Assembly (NCBI GenBank): GCA_030691865.1
Contig: JAUYDL010000016.1
Span: forward strand, 1 to 62,776
DNA: 62,776 nucleotides
Source: Candidatus Omnitrophota bacterium
GTDB taxonomy: Bacteria; Omnitrophota; Gorgyraeia; Gygaellales; Profunditerraquicolaceae
Direction of reading: 5' to 3'
The position numbers and the translations under genes were made by a program. Below are positions 9,201-15,958 of this stretch, piece by piece. Below the pieces are notes generated by a model. That model did no database searches and was not told where the DNA came from. It saw only the letters and a program-made list of their open reading frames with translations. Every line of letters starts with the position of its first letter. Position 1 is the stretch's first letter.

Positions 9201-10170
9201 GCGCCGGCTTTTTTACGTAGGGATGACGCGTTCTAAAGACCAATTATATCTGAGTAGTGCCGATGATTACGGCGGCAAGCGTTTACGTAAGGTGAGCCAG
9301 TTTGTACTGGAGGCTTTAGGTAAACAGCCTGAGACAGCGCCAAAGAAAAAGACCTCAAGCCTGGAGAGTATCCAGCGTTTTGCTCCGGTTAAGGAGTTGC
9401 CCAAGTCTGTTCTTGGAAAAATTGCCGAAGATAAGTTGGTTTCCTTAAGTTATTATCAGATTGATGATTATCTGACCTGTCCTCTAAAATATAAATATGT
9501 AAATATTTTGCGCGTGCCGATTATGGAGCATCATACGGTTATTTACGGCCGGGCCATGCATGAGGCGGTAAGCCAATATTTGCTGCGTAAGCTTGATGGC
9601 AGTAAGTTTACCCTGGATCAGCTCCTGGATTGTTTTGAAGCTAATTTTGATCCTCAGGGGTTTCTGGATACTAATCATCAAGAGGAACGTTTCCGCATCG
9701 GCAGAGAGGCTTTAGTTAGATTCTATAAGGATGAAGAAAAACGCAGTTTGGTTCCTAAATTTATTGAAAAAGAATTTTCTTTTGTGATTGGCGACAATAA
9801 GATCAGCGGCAGGTTTGACCGTATAGATATGGCAAAGGATGGGGCGGTGATTATGGATTTTAAGACCTCAGCGATTAAGACTCAAGAAGCTGCGGATAAG
9901 CGGGTCAAAGAAAGCAAACAGTTGGCGCTTTATGCTTTGGCTTACCAGCATATTTTCGGGGTAATGCCTGCGGCTGTAGAGTTGTATTTTCTGGAATCCG
10001 GGATTATCGGCAGGCATGAGCTTAGCGAAGAGGACTTAGATGATGTCAAAGAGGATATCCTGGAGGTTTCCGCGGGGATTCGCCAGCAAGATTATCCGGC
10101 TAAACCCGAATATAAGGCTTGCACCTATTGCGCTTACAATCAAATATGCCCTCAGGCGGTAATGCGTTAA
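6214..10170 (+). CDS. intein-containing UvrD/PcrA-type SF1 helicase fused to a C-terminal Cas4/AddB-like PD-(D/E)XK Fe-S nuclease domain
   Basis: Helicase motifs: Walker A AGAGTGKT, LVDEFQDTN, motif III VVGDDDQ...CIYRWRGA (split), NYRST, TIHKAKGLEF, YVGMTRSK. Nuclease motifs: C-PLKYKY, GRFDRID, MDFKTS, QLALYA, CTYCAYNQIC. Confidence 0.9.
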   Translation: MDKVLEGLNKEQVQAVTHKDGPLLIIAGAGTGKTRVITQRIAWLINQGLSKTDEILALTFTDKAAKEMQERVDILMPYGYTDIWISTFHAFGDRVLRENALVAGLNPDFKVLAQPEAAVFFREHLFEFTLDYYRPLAEPTRFIEALISFFSRAKDEDISAKEYLKYAQDFLIQAKANPLDKANEELAVQQMEVAAAYAKYQELLAEEGLVDFGNQFYLSLGLLRQHPLILQNYQKQFKYILVDEFQDTNFAQFQIVKLLAGSLKNVTVVGDDDQCLPEDSLIETPVGKKQIKEIKEGDEVLTAVGKSHIGISKVKKVFRRQKKARFITFKTKSGRKITVTSEHKMFCYVPPWPKKLKDKIYYVYLMWKKGLGWRLGITNDLAVRLKLERSADKIVGLRAFKTEREAQYLEVYLSLKYGIPTACFKERKGILITDEWLEKLYKELHTEEGVRKLAEDLDINLDFHHYCLAAVTRGIKVRVKINLHFCYRKYIHCVTLETSDEETLDKIRKIGLRLKKTKKAQTLRYCFTDINKAENFAFRLKELTDGILEYKFTLAKFNIVNLPALMMPASNVLLGHYLPIKKDANIVYDRIVGVEEEVKQDTVYDLEIEKTHNYIANEVVVHNCIYRWRGAAYSNLVNFNKEYPDAENITLIQNYRSTQAILDSAYQLIQNNNPERFEVKANIDKHLVGLTKEGGKPIHLHFDTHSAEADQVSKIIQDKVSLEKFKYRDFAILVRSNSDAQGFIQSLNMQNIPWQFSGNQGLYARGEVKLCINFLRVIANPSDSLSLYYLVSSEIYKVNLADLALCNHFARRRNRTLYAVFSDLEKIPELAEVCDQTKEKIRQILLGIEKFLQVSRDETTGKLLYSFLTDTGYLKYLTHDPTLEKETKIQNIAKFFNQVRDFELVAKEDRVISFIKHLNLLIDSGDDPPTVEADLDQDAVNILTIHKAKGLEFRVVFLVSLVQGKFPLPKRSVQIGLPDCLIKEVLPTGDFHTQEERRLFYVGMTRSKDQLYLSSADDYGGKRLRKVSQFVLEALGKQPETAPKKKTSSLESIQRFAPVKELPKSVLGKIAEDKLVSLSYYQIDDYLTCPLKYKYVNILRVPIMEHHTVIYGRAMHEAVSQYLLRKLDGSKFTLDQLLDCFEANFDPQGFLDTNHQEERFRIGREALVRFYKDEEKRSLVPKFIEKEFSFVIGDNKISGRFDRIDMAKDGAVIMDFKTSAIKTQEAADKRVKESKQLALYALAYQHIFGVMPAAVELYFLESGIIGRHELSEEDLDDVKEDILEVSAGIRQQDYPAKPEYKACTYCAYNQICPQAVMR
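7036..8082 (+). mobile_element. intein (349 codons) inserted in helicase motif III
   Basis: Starts with Cys1 in CLPEDSLIETPVG (block A). Block B is VTSEHKMF (TxxH). Ends VYDLEIEKTHNYIANEVVVHN followed by Cys+1 at 8083. Flanking exteins rejoin to the UvrD consensus GDDDQ-CIYRWRGA. Confidence 0.85.
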
Positions 10171-10178
10171 TCTAGAAG

Positions 10179-10207
10179 TTGACAACTTGTGTTATTTGGG
10201 CTATAAT
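10179..10207 (+). promoter_or_regulatory. sigma70-type promoter for plsC
   Basis: TTGACA 10179-10184, 17-nt spacer, TATAAT 10202-10207. Confidence 0.55.
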
Positions 10208-10227
10208 CAAAGAAGAAAATTAAGGGT

Positions 10228-10947
10228 ATGAATATAATTATTTCTATAGGTATCTGGTTCGTCAGTGGTTTATTGACTATCCTACTTTTCTTCGTGGTCT
10301 TTTTTCTAAATATTCTTCTTTTCCCTTTCGATAAGAAAAAAAAGATTACTCATAGGCAGTGTTTTTGGTGGTCGGATGCTGTTATCGGCTTCAACCCTTA
10401 TTGGAGCGTGAATATAAATGGCCTTGAGAATATAGACCACAAAAGAACTTATGTGATTATCTCTAATCATCAGAGTATGGCGGATATTGTGGCGCTTTAT
10501 CAGACCAAGATGCAGTTTAAATGGGTAGCTAAGGCCAGTTTGTTCAAGATTCCTTTTATCGGCTGGTGTTTGAGTTTGATTAAACACATTAAGCTTAACC
10601 GGGGTGATTTTTCAAGCATCAAAGAGATCTATCAAGAGGCTAGCCGTTGGCTGCAAAAAGATATGTCGGTGTTATTTTTTCCGGAAGGCACGCGCAGCAG
10701 TAGTAATGAAATGGGGGAGTTTCAAAACGGGGCATTTAAGTTGGCGATTAAGGAGAAGAAACCCATTTTGCCGATCTGTTTAAAGGGTACGCACGCGGCC
10801 TTTCCTAAGGGCAGCTGGATTTTTAAAAGTAAAGTTGCGGCAAAAGTTATCGTGCTTGAGCCGATTGCCACCGATGGTTATGGCCCTGATGATTTTGCTT
10901 TACTCAGGGATACTGTCCGTTCCAGGATTCAAGAGGCGCTAGAGTAA
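10228..10947 (+). CDS. plsC: 1-acyl-sn-glycerol-3-phosphate acyltransferase
   Basis: N-terminal TM segment, HX4D motif NHQSMADI, FPEGTRS motif. Confidence 0.85.
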   Translation: MNIIISIGIWFVSGLLTILLFFVVFFLNILLFPFDKKKKITHRQCFWWSDAVIGFNPYWSVNINGLENIDHKRTYVIISNHQSMADIVALYQTKMQFKWVAKASLFKIPFIGWCLSLIKHIKLNRGDFSSIKEIYQEASRWLQKDMSVLFFPEGTRSSSNEMGEFQNGAFKLAIKEKKPILPICLKGTHAAFPKGSWIFKSKVAAKVIVLEPIATDGYGPDDFALLRDTVRSRIQEALE

Positions 10948-10965
10948 ACAGCGTTCGATAAAAAG

Positions 10966-10999
10966 CACCCCGCGCTTATAAGGTATTGCGCGGGTGTCC
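10966..10999. repeat. family B palindromic element, copy 1
   Basis: CACCCCGCGCTTATAAGGTATTGCGCGGGTGTCC, near-identical to 18115-18148. Followed by hairpins GTCCTCC-tggc-GGAGGAC and CGCACTA-gg-TAGTGCG. Confidence 0.75.
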
Positions 11000-11036
11000 T
11001 CCTGGCGGAGGACGTCGGCGCGCACTAGGTAGTGCG

Positions 11037-12098
11037 ATGAAAAAAAAGTATAAAATTATATTTTGGATCTGTGGTATTTTTTTAGCGATCTTCTTGGTAG
11101 CCAATATTTTGATCGCAGCATTTGCTCCCCGGATTATTGAGCAGCAGATCCAGCAAAATTTAAAACTTAAAGCGAGCCTGGGCAAAATAAGTTTAAGCCT
11201 GCCTTTTACGATTACCCTGGAAAAATTAGAGATCGGCGACCTGGCGAGCATTAAGAAAATATCGCTGACACCTAACCTGGTGGCTTTGTTATTTGGGAAA
11301 ATCGTTATTCATGGCCTAAATATTGTCGAACCGGTGATTAACCTTGAGCAGTCAGTAGATGGTAAGTTAAACCTACCGGTTCTTGATCAAAAAGGTAAGC
11401 CTCCGGCAATTTATTTGACCAGCCTTAATCTGCGCGATGGTAAAATAATTTTTACGGATAAGAAAGTTGCCCTTAAGGGTTTTGGGGTGATTGTAAATAA
11501 GCTGAATATAAAAGTGGCTAAAGTTGTTCTGCCGGTTACATCTCTGGCGACAAATTTCAGCGTAAGTGCCCAGTTGCTTAGTTCTGGCGGCAAGTCTTTT
11601 GGTGATATTACTTTTAGTGGCTGGCTGGATTATCTGGCCAAAGACCTGGATGCGGAATTAGAGGTTAAGGATCTGGATGTGACTAAATTTTCTGTTTACT
11701 GCGGTAATTTTATTTCCAATAGGAAGCTTTCCTCAGCCAGGTTGGATTTAAGTTCAAACTTTAAGGCCAAAAATAATGCTTTAAAGATTATTACCAAGTT
11801 TAATCTTTCTAATCTGGTTTATGCGGATGCGCAGGAGCAGCCACTGAACTTGGATTTGATGAAAAACGCTTTGGATATATTCACCGATCCCAAAGGTAAT
11901 TTACGTTTAGAGTTTAATATTAATACCTTACTGGATAATCCGGCTTTAAGCCAGGAAAAGATTAAAAGTATAATATTAAAGGCGGCCATGAAGAATTTGT
12001 CTAATCAGTCGCCGCAGCAGTTAATTGATAAGGTCACTACGATTATTGATCAGTATAAGGGATTAGGCAAAGAGCTAAAAGCTATTTTTGGCCAATAA
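11037..12098 (+). CDS. membrane-anchored hypothetical protein (AsmA/DUF748-like beta-rich protein)
   Basis: ATG 11037 gives MKKKYKIIFWICGIFLAIFLV (signal anchor). The ORF-track start at 10986 reads through the family B repeat. The family call is a weak impression only. Confidence 0.5.
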   Translation: MKKKYKIIFWICGIFLAIFLVANILIAAFAPRIIEQQIQQNLKLKASLGKISLSLPFTITLEKLEIGDLASIKKISLTPNLVALLFGKIVIHGLNIVEPVINLEQSVDGKLNLPVLDQKGKPPAIYLTSLNLRDGKIIFTDKKVALKGFGVIVNKLNIKVAKVVLPVTSLATNFSVSAQLLSSGGKSFGDITFSGWLDYLAKDLDAELEVKDLDVTKFSVYCGNFISNRKLSSARLDLSSNFKAKNNALKIITKFNLSNLVYADAQEQPLNLDLMKNALDIFTDPKGNLRLEFNINTLLDNPALSQEKIKSIILKAAMKNLSNQSPQQLIDKVTTIIDQYKGLGKELKAIFGQ

Positions 12099-12103
12099 AG
12101 TAG

Positions 12104-12781
12104 ATGGAAGAGATTAAATCAAAATCGCTTAAGAATATTGAAGCAAAAATGGAGAATTTAGATATTAATTCTTTACGTTATCATATTTTAGAGAGCGCTA
12201 AGAATTTCAAGTGCTCCTGGATTGAATTGGGCCGTTCTTTGTATTCAGTCTACAAAGATAAGATGTATAAGGAGTGGGGTTATGTTAGTTTTGATATTTA
12301 TGTCAGCCGGGAGATCGGCATTCGCAAGCAAACCGCGATGAAGCTGCTTAAGTCATATTATTTCCTGGAGAAAGAGGAGCCGCAGTATTTAAAAAATGAA
12401 TATGCCGCTTCAACTCAGCCTGCCCATCTGCCCAGTTATGAGTCGGTTAATATTTTACGTCAGGCAAAAAATAATAAGGGGCTGGATGAAAATGATTATC
12501 GCGATTTAAAGAAAGAGATATTTGAAAAAGGCCGGGACGCTCAGGAGCTTAAAAAAAATTTAGGGGTGATTATTCGTCAGAGGCAGGAGTTGGATCCTGA
12601 AGCTGCCCAGGAGAAAAGAAGGCATTCCGCACTAAAAAGGCTGCTTGGCCAGTTACGCCTGCTTAAGCAGGAGGTTGCGGTACTAAAGTTGCTTCCTGTG
12701 CCGTTGATTAAAGATCTGGATAATCTAATTAAAAATATCGATCAAGAGATCCCTGCCTGTCGGTCAGGCAGGAAGGAGTAA
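12104..12781 (+). CDS. hypothetical protein
   Basis: 225-aa ORF, charged/helical. The C-terminus (IPACRSGRKE) reads into hairpin CCTGCCTG-tcggt-CAGGCAGG at 12752-12772. Confidence 0.5.
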   Translation: MEEIKSKSLKNIEAKMENLDINSLRYHILESAKNFKCSWIELGRSLYSVYKDKMYKEWGYVSFDIYVSREIGIRKQTAMKLLKSYYFLEKEEPQYLKNEYAASTQPAHLPSYESVNILRQAKNNKGLDENDYRDLKKEIFEKGRDAQELKKNLGVIIRQRQELDPEAAQEKRRHSALKRLLGQLRLLKQEVAVLKLLPVPLIKDLDNLIKNIDQEIPACRSGRKE

Positions 12782-12786
12782 TCTTA

Positions 12787-13200
12787 ATGCCGGTTGTCGT
12801 TAAAAAAACCCTGACACTAGAAAAAAGGATGGCTCTTTTGGGGGTACGTGAAGAGGATATCGTGGAGAGTTTTATTCGCTCCAGCGGCCCCGGCGGGCAG
12901 AATGTTAATAAGACCTCTACCTGTGTTTATTTAAAACATCTGCCTACTGGCCTTGAGGTAAAATGTCAGCGCCAGCGTTCGCAACTCCTGAATCGTTCTT
13001 TAGCCAGGCACATACTTTTGAGTAAAATTGCGCATAAAATTCAACAGGATAATTTGCAGAGGCAGTCGCTTAAGGCTAAGGTTATGCGCCGGAATCGTCA
13101 AAAGCCAAAAAGTATTAAAATAAAGATCTTAGAGGATAAGCGCCGGCATGCGCAAAAGAAGTTTGCGCGTAGAAAAATTAATGAGATTGAAATTGCATAA
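12787..13200 (+). CDS. arfB: GGQ-domain peptidyl-tRNA hydrolase, ArfB-like (class I release factor domain plus basic tail)
   Basis: SSGPGGQNVNKTST motif, RSQLLNR, lysine/arginine-rich C-terminal tail; 137 aa. Confidence 0.65.
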   Translation: MPVVVKKTLTLEKRMALLGVREEDIVESFIRSSGPGGQNVNKTSTCVYLKHLPTGLEVKCQRQRSQLLNRSLARHILLSKIAHKIQQDNLQRQSLKAKVMRRNRQKPKSIKIKILEDKRRHAQKKFARRKINEIEIA

Positions 13201-13311
13201 ACATTTTCTTGTGTTACAATAAATAAATTCTAAACTTAAAAACAAGCACCTTATGGTTTTTATTCAACGCAGTTCCCCGGAGCGTTAGCGAACGGGGGAA
13301 AGGAGATTAAT

Positions 13312-13437
13312 ATGGTAACGAGCGCAAGTTTTATCGGTGGTTTGATTTCATTGGCTTTAACGGTCTGGTTTGTTTATTTCAGCATTTTAGTAATTCAGAA
13401 GCTGGATAAAGTAATCGAACTGTTAGGAAAGAAATAA
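13312..13437 (+). CDS. 41-aa hydrophobic small protein (hypothetical)
   Basis: MVTSASFIGGLISLALTVWFVYFSILVIQKLDKVIELLGKK. AAGGAG 6 nt upstream. Below the ORF-track cutoff. Confidence 0.4.
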   Translation: MVTSASFIGGLISLALTVWFVYFSILVIQKLDKVIELLGKK

Positions 13438-13450
13438 ATTAATTCTCGCA

Positions 13451-13484
13451 TTAACCCAGCCCTTGCGTGCAAGAGATGGGTTAA
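13451..13484. repeat. family C palindromic element, intergenic copy
   Basis: TTAACCCAGCCCTTGCGTGCAAGAGATGGGTTAA, related to 27017-27042. Confidence 0.6.
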
Positions 13485-13499
13485 GCGTTTATTAACCTG

Positions 13500-13528
13500 T
13501 TGACTTGTGGAATTAATTATCGTATAAT
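13500..13528 (+). promoter_or_regulatory. sigma70-type promoter for rpsO-pnp
   Basis: TTGACT 13500-13505, 17-nt spacer, TATAAT 13523-13528. Confidence 0.55.
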
Positions 13529-13551
13529 CTTTAAGAAAGAGAGGTAGAAAA

Positions 13552-13821
13552 TTGGTTTTGGTAAAGGAACAAAAGGCAAAATTAATTGATGATTTTAAGG
13601 TGCATGCCAGAGATACTGGAAGTGCCGAGGTGCAAATAGCGATTTTAACCGAGAGAATTAATGATTTAGGGCTTCACTTTAAATCGCATAAGAAAGATCT
13701 CCATTCTCGCCACGGGTTGCTGATATTAGTGAGTAGGCGCCGCAGACTCCTCAAGTATCTCAAGGATAAGGATATGAAGAAGTACGAAGAGATACTGGGA
13801 AAGCTTAGCTTGAGGAAGTAA
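13552..13821 (+). CDS. rpsO: 30S ribosomal protein S15
   Basis: 89 aa, [37 protein letters not shown]; TTG start. Confidence 0.92.
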   Translation: MVLVKEQKAKLIDDFKVHARDTGSAEVQIAILTERINDLGLHFKSHKKDLHSRHGLLILVSRRRRLLKYLKDKDMKKYEEILGKLSLRK

Positions 13822-13858
13822 ACTCCAAAGAGTAAATCCATAAAAAGAAAGAACAATC

Positions 13859-15940
13859 ATGCAAAATAAAAGTTTAAAAATTAAATTTGGCAAAAATGAC
13901 CTTATTTTAGAGACGGGTAGATTGGCCAAGCAGGCTAATGGTTCAGTGACGATTACCTACGGGGCAACCGTTATTTTAGTTACCGCTTGCATGTCTAGCT
14001 CGATCAAGGAAGGGCAGGATTTCTTCCCTCTGACGGTTGAATATCAGGAAAAAACTTATGCCGCCGGCAGGATTCCCGGAGGATTTTTTAAACGTGAGGG
14101 CAGGCCTTCAGAAAATGAAATTTTAGGGAGCCGTCTTATTGACCGGCCCATTCGTCCGTTATTCCCCGAAGGATTTTTAAATGAGGTTCAGGTTATGGCT
14201 ATGGTGCTTTCCAGTGACGGGGAGAATGACCCGAATGTCCTGGCATTGATCGGCTCAAGCGCAGCTTTGTCCATTTCCGATATTCCTTTTAATGGGCCTT
14301 TAGCCAGCTGCCGGGTAGCCAGGATAAATAATGAATTCCTGTTAAATCCTACCTATGCGGAAATTGAGAGCGCGGATTTAGAAGTAGTAGTTGCCGGCAA
14401 TAGTAATGGGGTAGTAATGCTGGAGTCAAAGGCCAAAGAGGTCTCCGAAGAAGAATATTTCCAAGCAGTAAAATTTGGGATGGATAGCCTAAAGCCCATA
14501 CTTGCCTTGCAGGAAGAATTTGCCCGCCTTTACGGCCAGGCAAAAGCTAAAGTTGAACTCAAATTAATTGACCCGGTTTTAATGCGGAAGATTGAAGCAC
14601 TTTCTCAGGAAAAATTAGCCAAGGTTTATAAATTAAGCAAAAAGGAAGAGCGTGAAGAGCAAGTAGCTTTGTTGACTAAAGAGCTGGAAGCTCAGTTAAC
14701 GGCGGAAGGGTTTTTGGGGCCGGATATTCATACTGGCCTGCATGAAGTAGAGAAAAAGCAGGTGCGTAAAATGATTTCGGATGAGGGCAGGCGTATCGAC
14801 GGGCGTTCCTTTAAGCAGATTCGGGAGATTACCTGTGAGGTTTCTGTGCTTCCGCGTACCCATGGCTCAAGTCTTTTTACGCGTGGACAAACTCAGAGTT
14901 TAGCCGTGACTACTTTAGGTACGGGGGAAGATGAACAGTTGATTGAGTCCCTGGATGGAGAGAGAAAGAAGTCTTTCATGCTGCACTATAATTTTCCTTC
15001 TTTTAGTGTCGGTGAAACCAGGCCGGTGCGCGGCCCCGGCAGGCGTGAAATTGGCCATGGCGCTTTAGCGGAAAAGGCTTTGCTGGCGGTAATGCCGTCA
15101 AAAGAGAAATTCCCTTATACGGTAAGAGTAGTTTCTGAAATTTTAGAATCCAATGGTTCCAGCAGTATGGCTTCGATTTGCGCGGCTACCTTGTCATTGA
15201 TGGATGCCGGAGTCCCGATTAAAGAAGCAGTAGGGGGCGTGGCCTTAGGATTAGTCAAGGAAGGTAATAAGACGGCAATTTTGACGGATATCGCCGGATT
15301 AGAGGATCATTTTGGGGATATGGATTTTAAGGTTGCCGGAACCCGCAGCGGGATTACGGCGGTGCAGTTGGACCTTAAGAATGCCGGGATTTCACTGGAT
15401 TTGCTTAAGGAATGCCTGGCGCAATCTAAAGAAGGAAGATTATTTATCTTAGATAAAATGAGCGCGGCATTAAACAGCCCTCGAGAAGAACTTTCCAGTT
15501 TTGCCCCGCGCATCGATGTATTAAAGATTAATACTGAAAAAATCGGAGAGCTTATCGGCCCGGGAGGCAAGACGATTAAGGCAATCATTGCCGCCACCGG
15601 CGCGAGCATTGATATTAAAGATGACGGTACGGTTTTAGTGGGTTCAGTGGATGCTGTTAAATCCGATGCGGCGATTAAAATGATCAGAGCGATCACCGAT
15701 GAAGTAGAGGTGGGCAGAATTTATTTTGGTAAGGTAAAACGGATTATGCCATTTGGTGTATTTGTAGAGCTGGCCCCGCGTAAAGAGGGGCTGGTGCATG
15801 TATCCGAGCTATCCAACACCTTCGTTAAGAAAATTGATGATGTGGTTAAGGTTGGAGATGAATTTAAAGTTAAGGTTATCGGCATAGATGAACTGGGCAG
15901 GATTAATTTAAGCAAAAAACAGGCTGAAGCACCGCAGTAA
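13859..15940 (+). CDS. pnp: polyribonucleotide nucleotidyltransferase (PNPase)
   Basis: Two RNase PH domains, KH domain, and S1 domain (GKVKRIMPFGVFVELAPRKEGLVHVSEL). Confidence 0.95.
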   Translation: MQNKSLKIKFGKNDLILETGRLAKQANGSVTITYGATVILVTACMSSSIKEGQDFFPLTVEYQEKTYAAGRIPGGFFKREGRPSENEILGSRLIDRPIRPLFPEGFLNEVQVMAMVLSSDGENDPNVLALIGSSAALSISDIPFNGPLASCRVARINNEFLLNPTYAEIESADLEVVVAGNSNGVVMLESKAKEVSEEEYFQAVKFGMDSLKPILALQEEFARLYGQAKAKVELKLIDPVLMRKIEALSQEKLAKVYKLSKKEEREEQVALLTKELEAQLTAEGFLGPDIHTGLHEVEKKQVRKMISDEGRRIDGRSFKQIREITCEVSVLPRTHGSSLFTRGQTQSLAVTTLGTGEDEQLIESLDGERKKSFMLHYNFPSFSVGETRPVRGPGRREIGHGALAEKALLAVMPSKEKFPYTVRVVSEILESNGSSSMASICAATLSLMDAGVPIKEAVGGVALGLVKEGNKTAILTDIAGLEDHFGDMDFKVAGTRSGITAVQLDLKNAGISLDLLKECLAQSKEGRLFILDKMSAALNSPREELSSFAPRIDVLKINTEKIGELIGPGGKTIKAIIAATGASIDIKDDGTVLVGSVDAVKSDAAIKMIRAITDEVEVGRIYFGKVKRIMPFGVFVELAPRKEGLVHVSELSNTFVKKIDDVVKVGDEFKVKVIGIDELGRINLSKKQAEAPQ

Positions 15941-15958
15941 AAGCGTTTAACTTTAGAA

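Noticed and set aside
10986-11036. Upstream starts of ORFs 10986 and 18143 (MRGCPPGGGRRRALGSA..., MSPSRGGGREN...)
   Set aside because: Both extensions are simply translations of the GC-rich family B repeat and its companion hairpin. Better starts with an RBS or signal anchor lie at 11037 and 18176.
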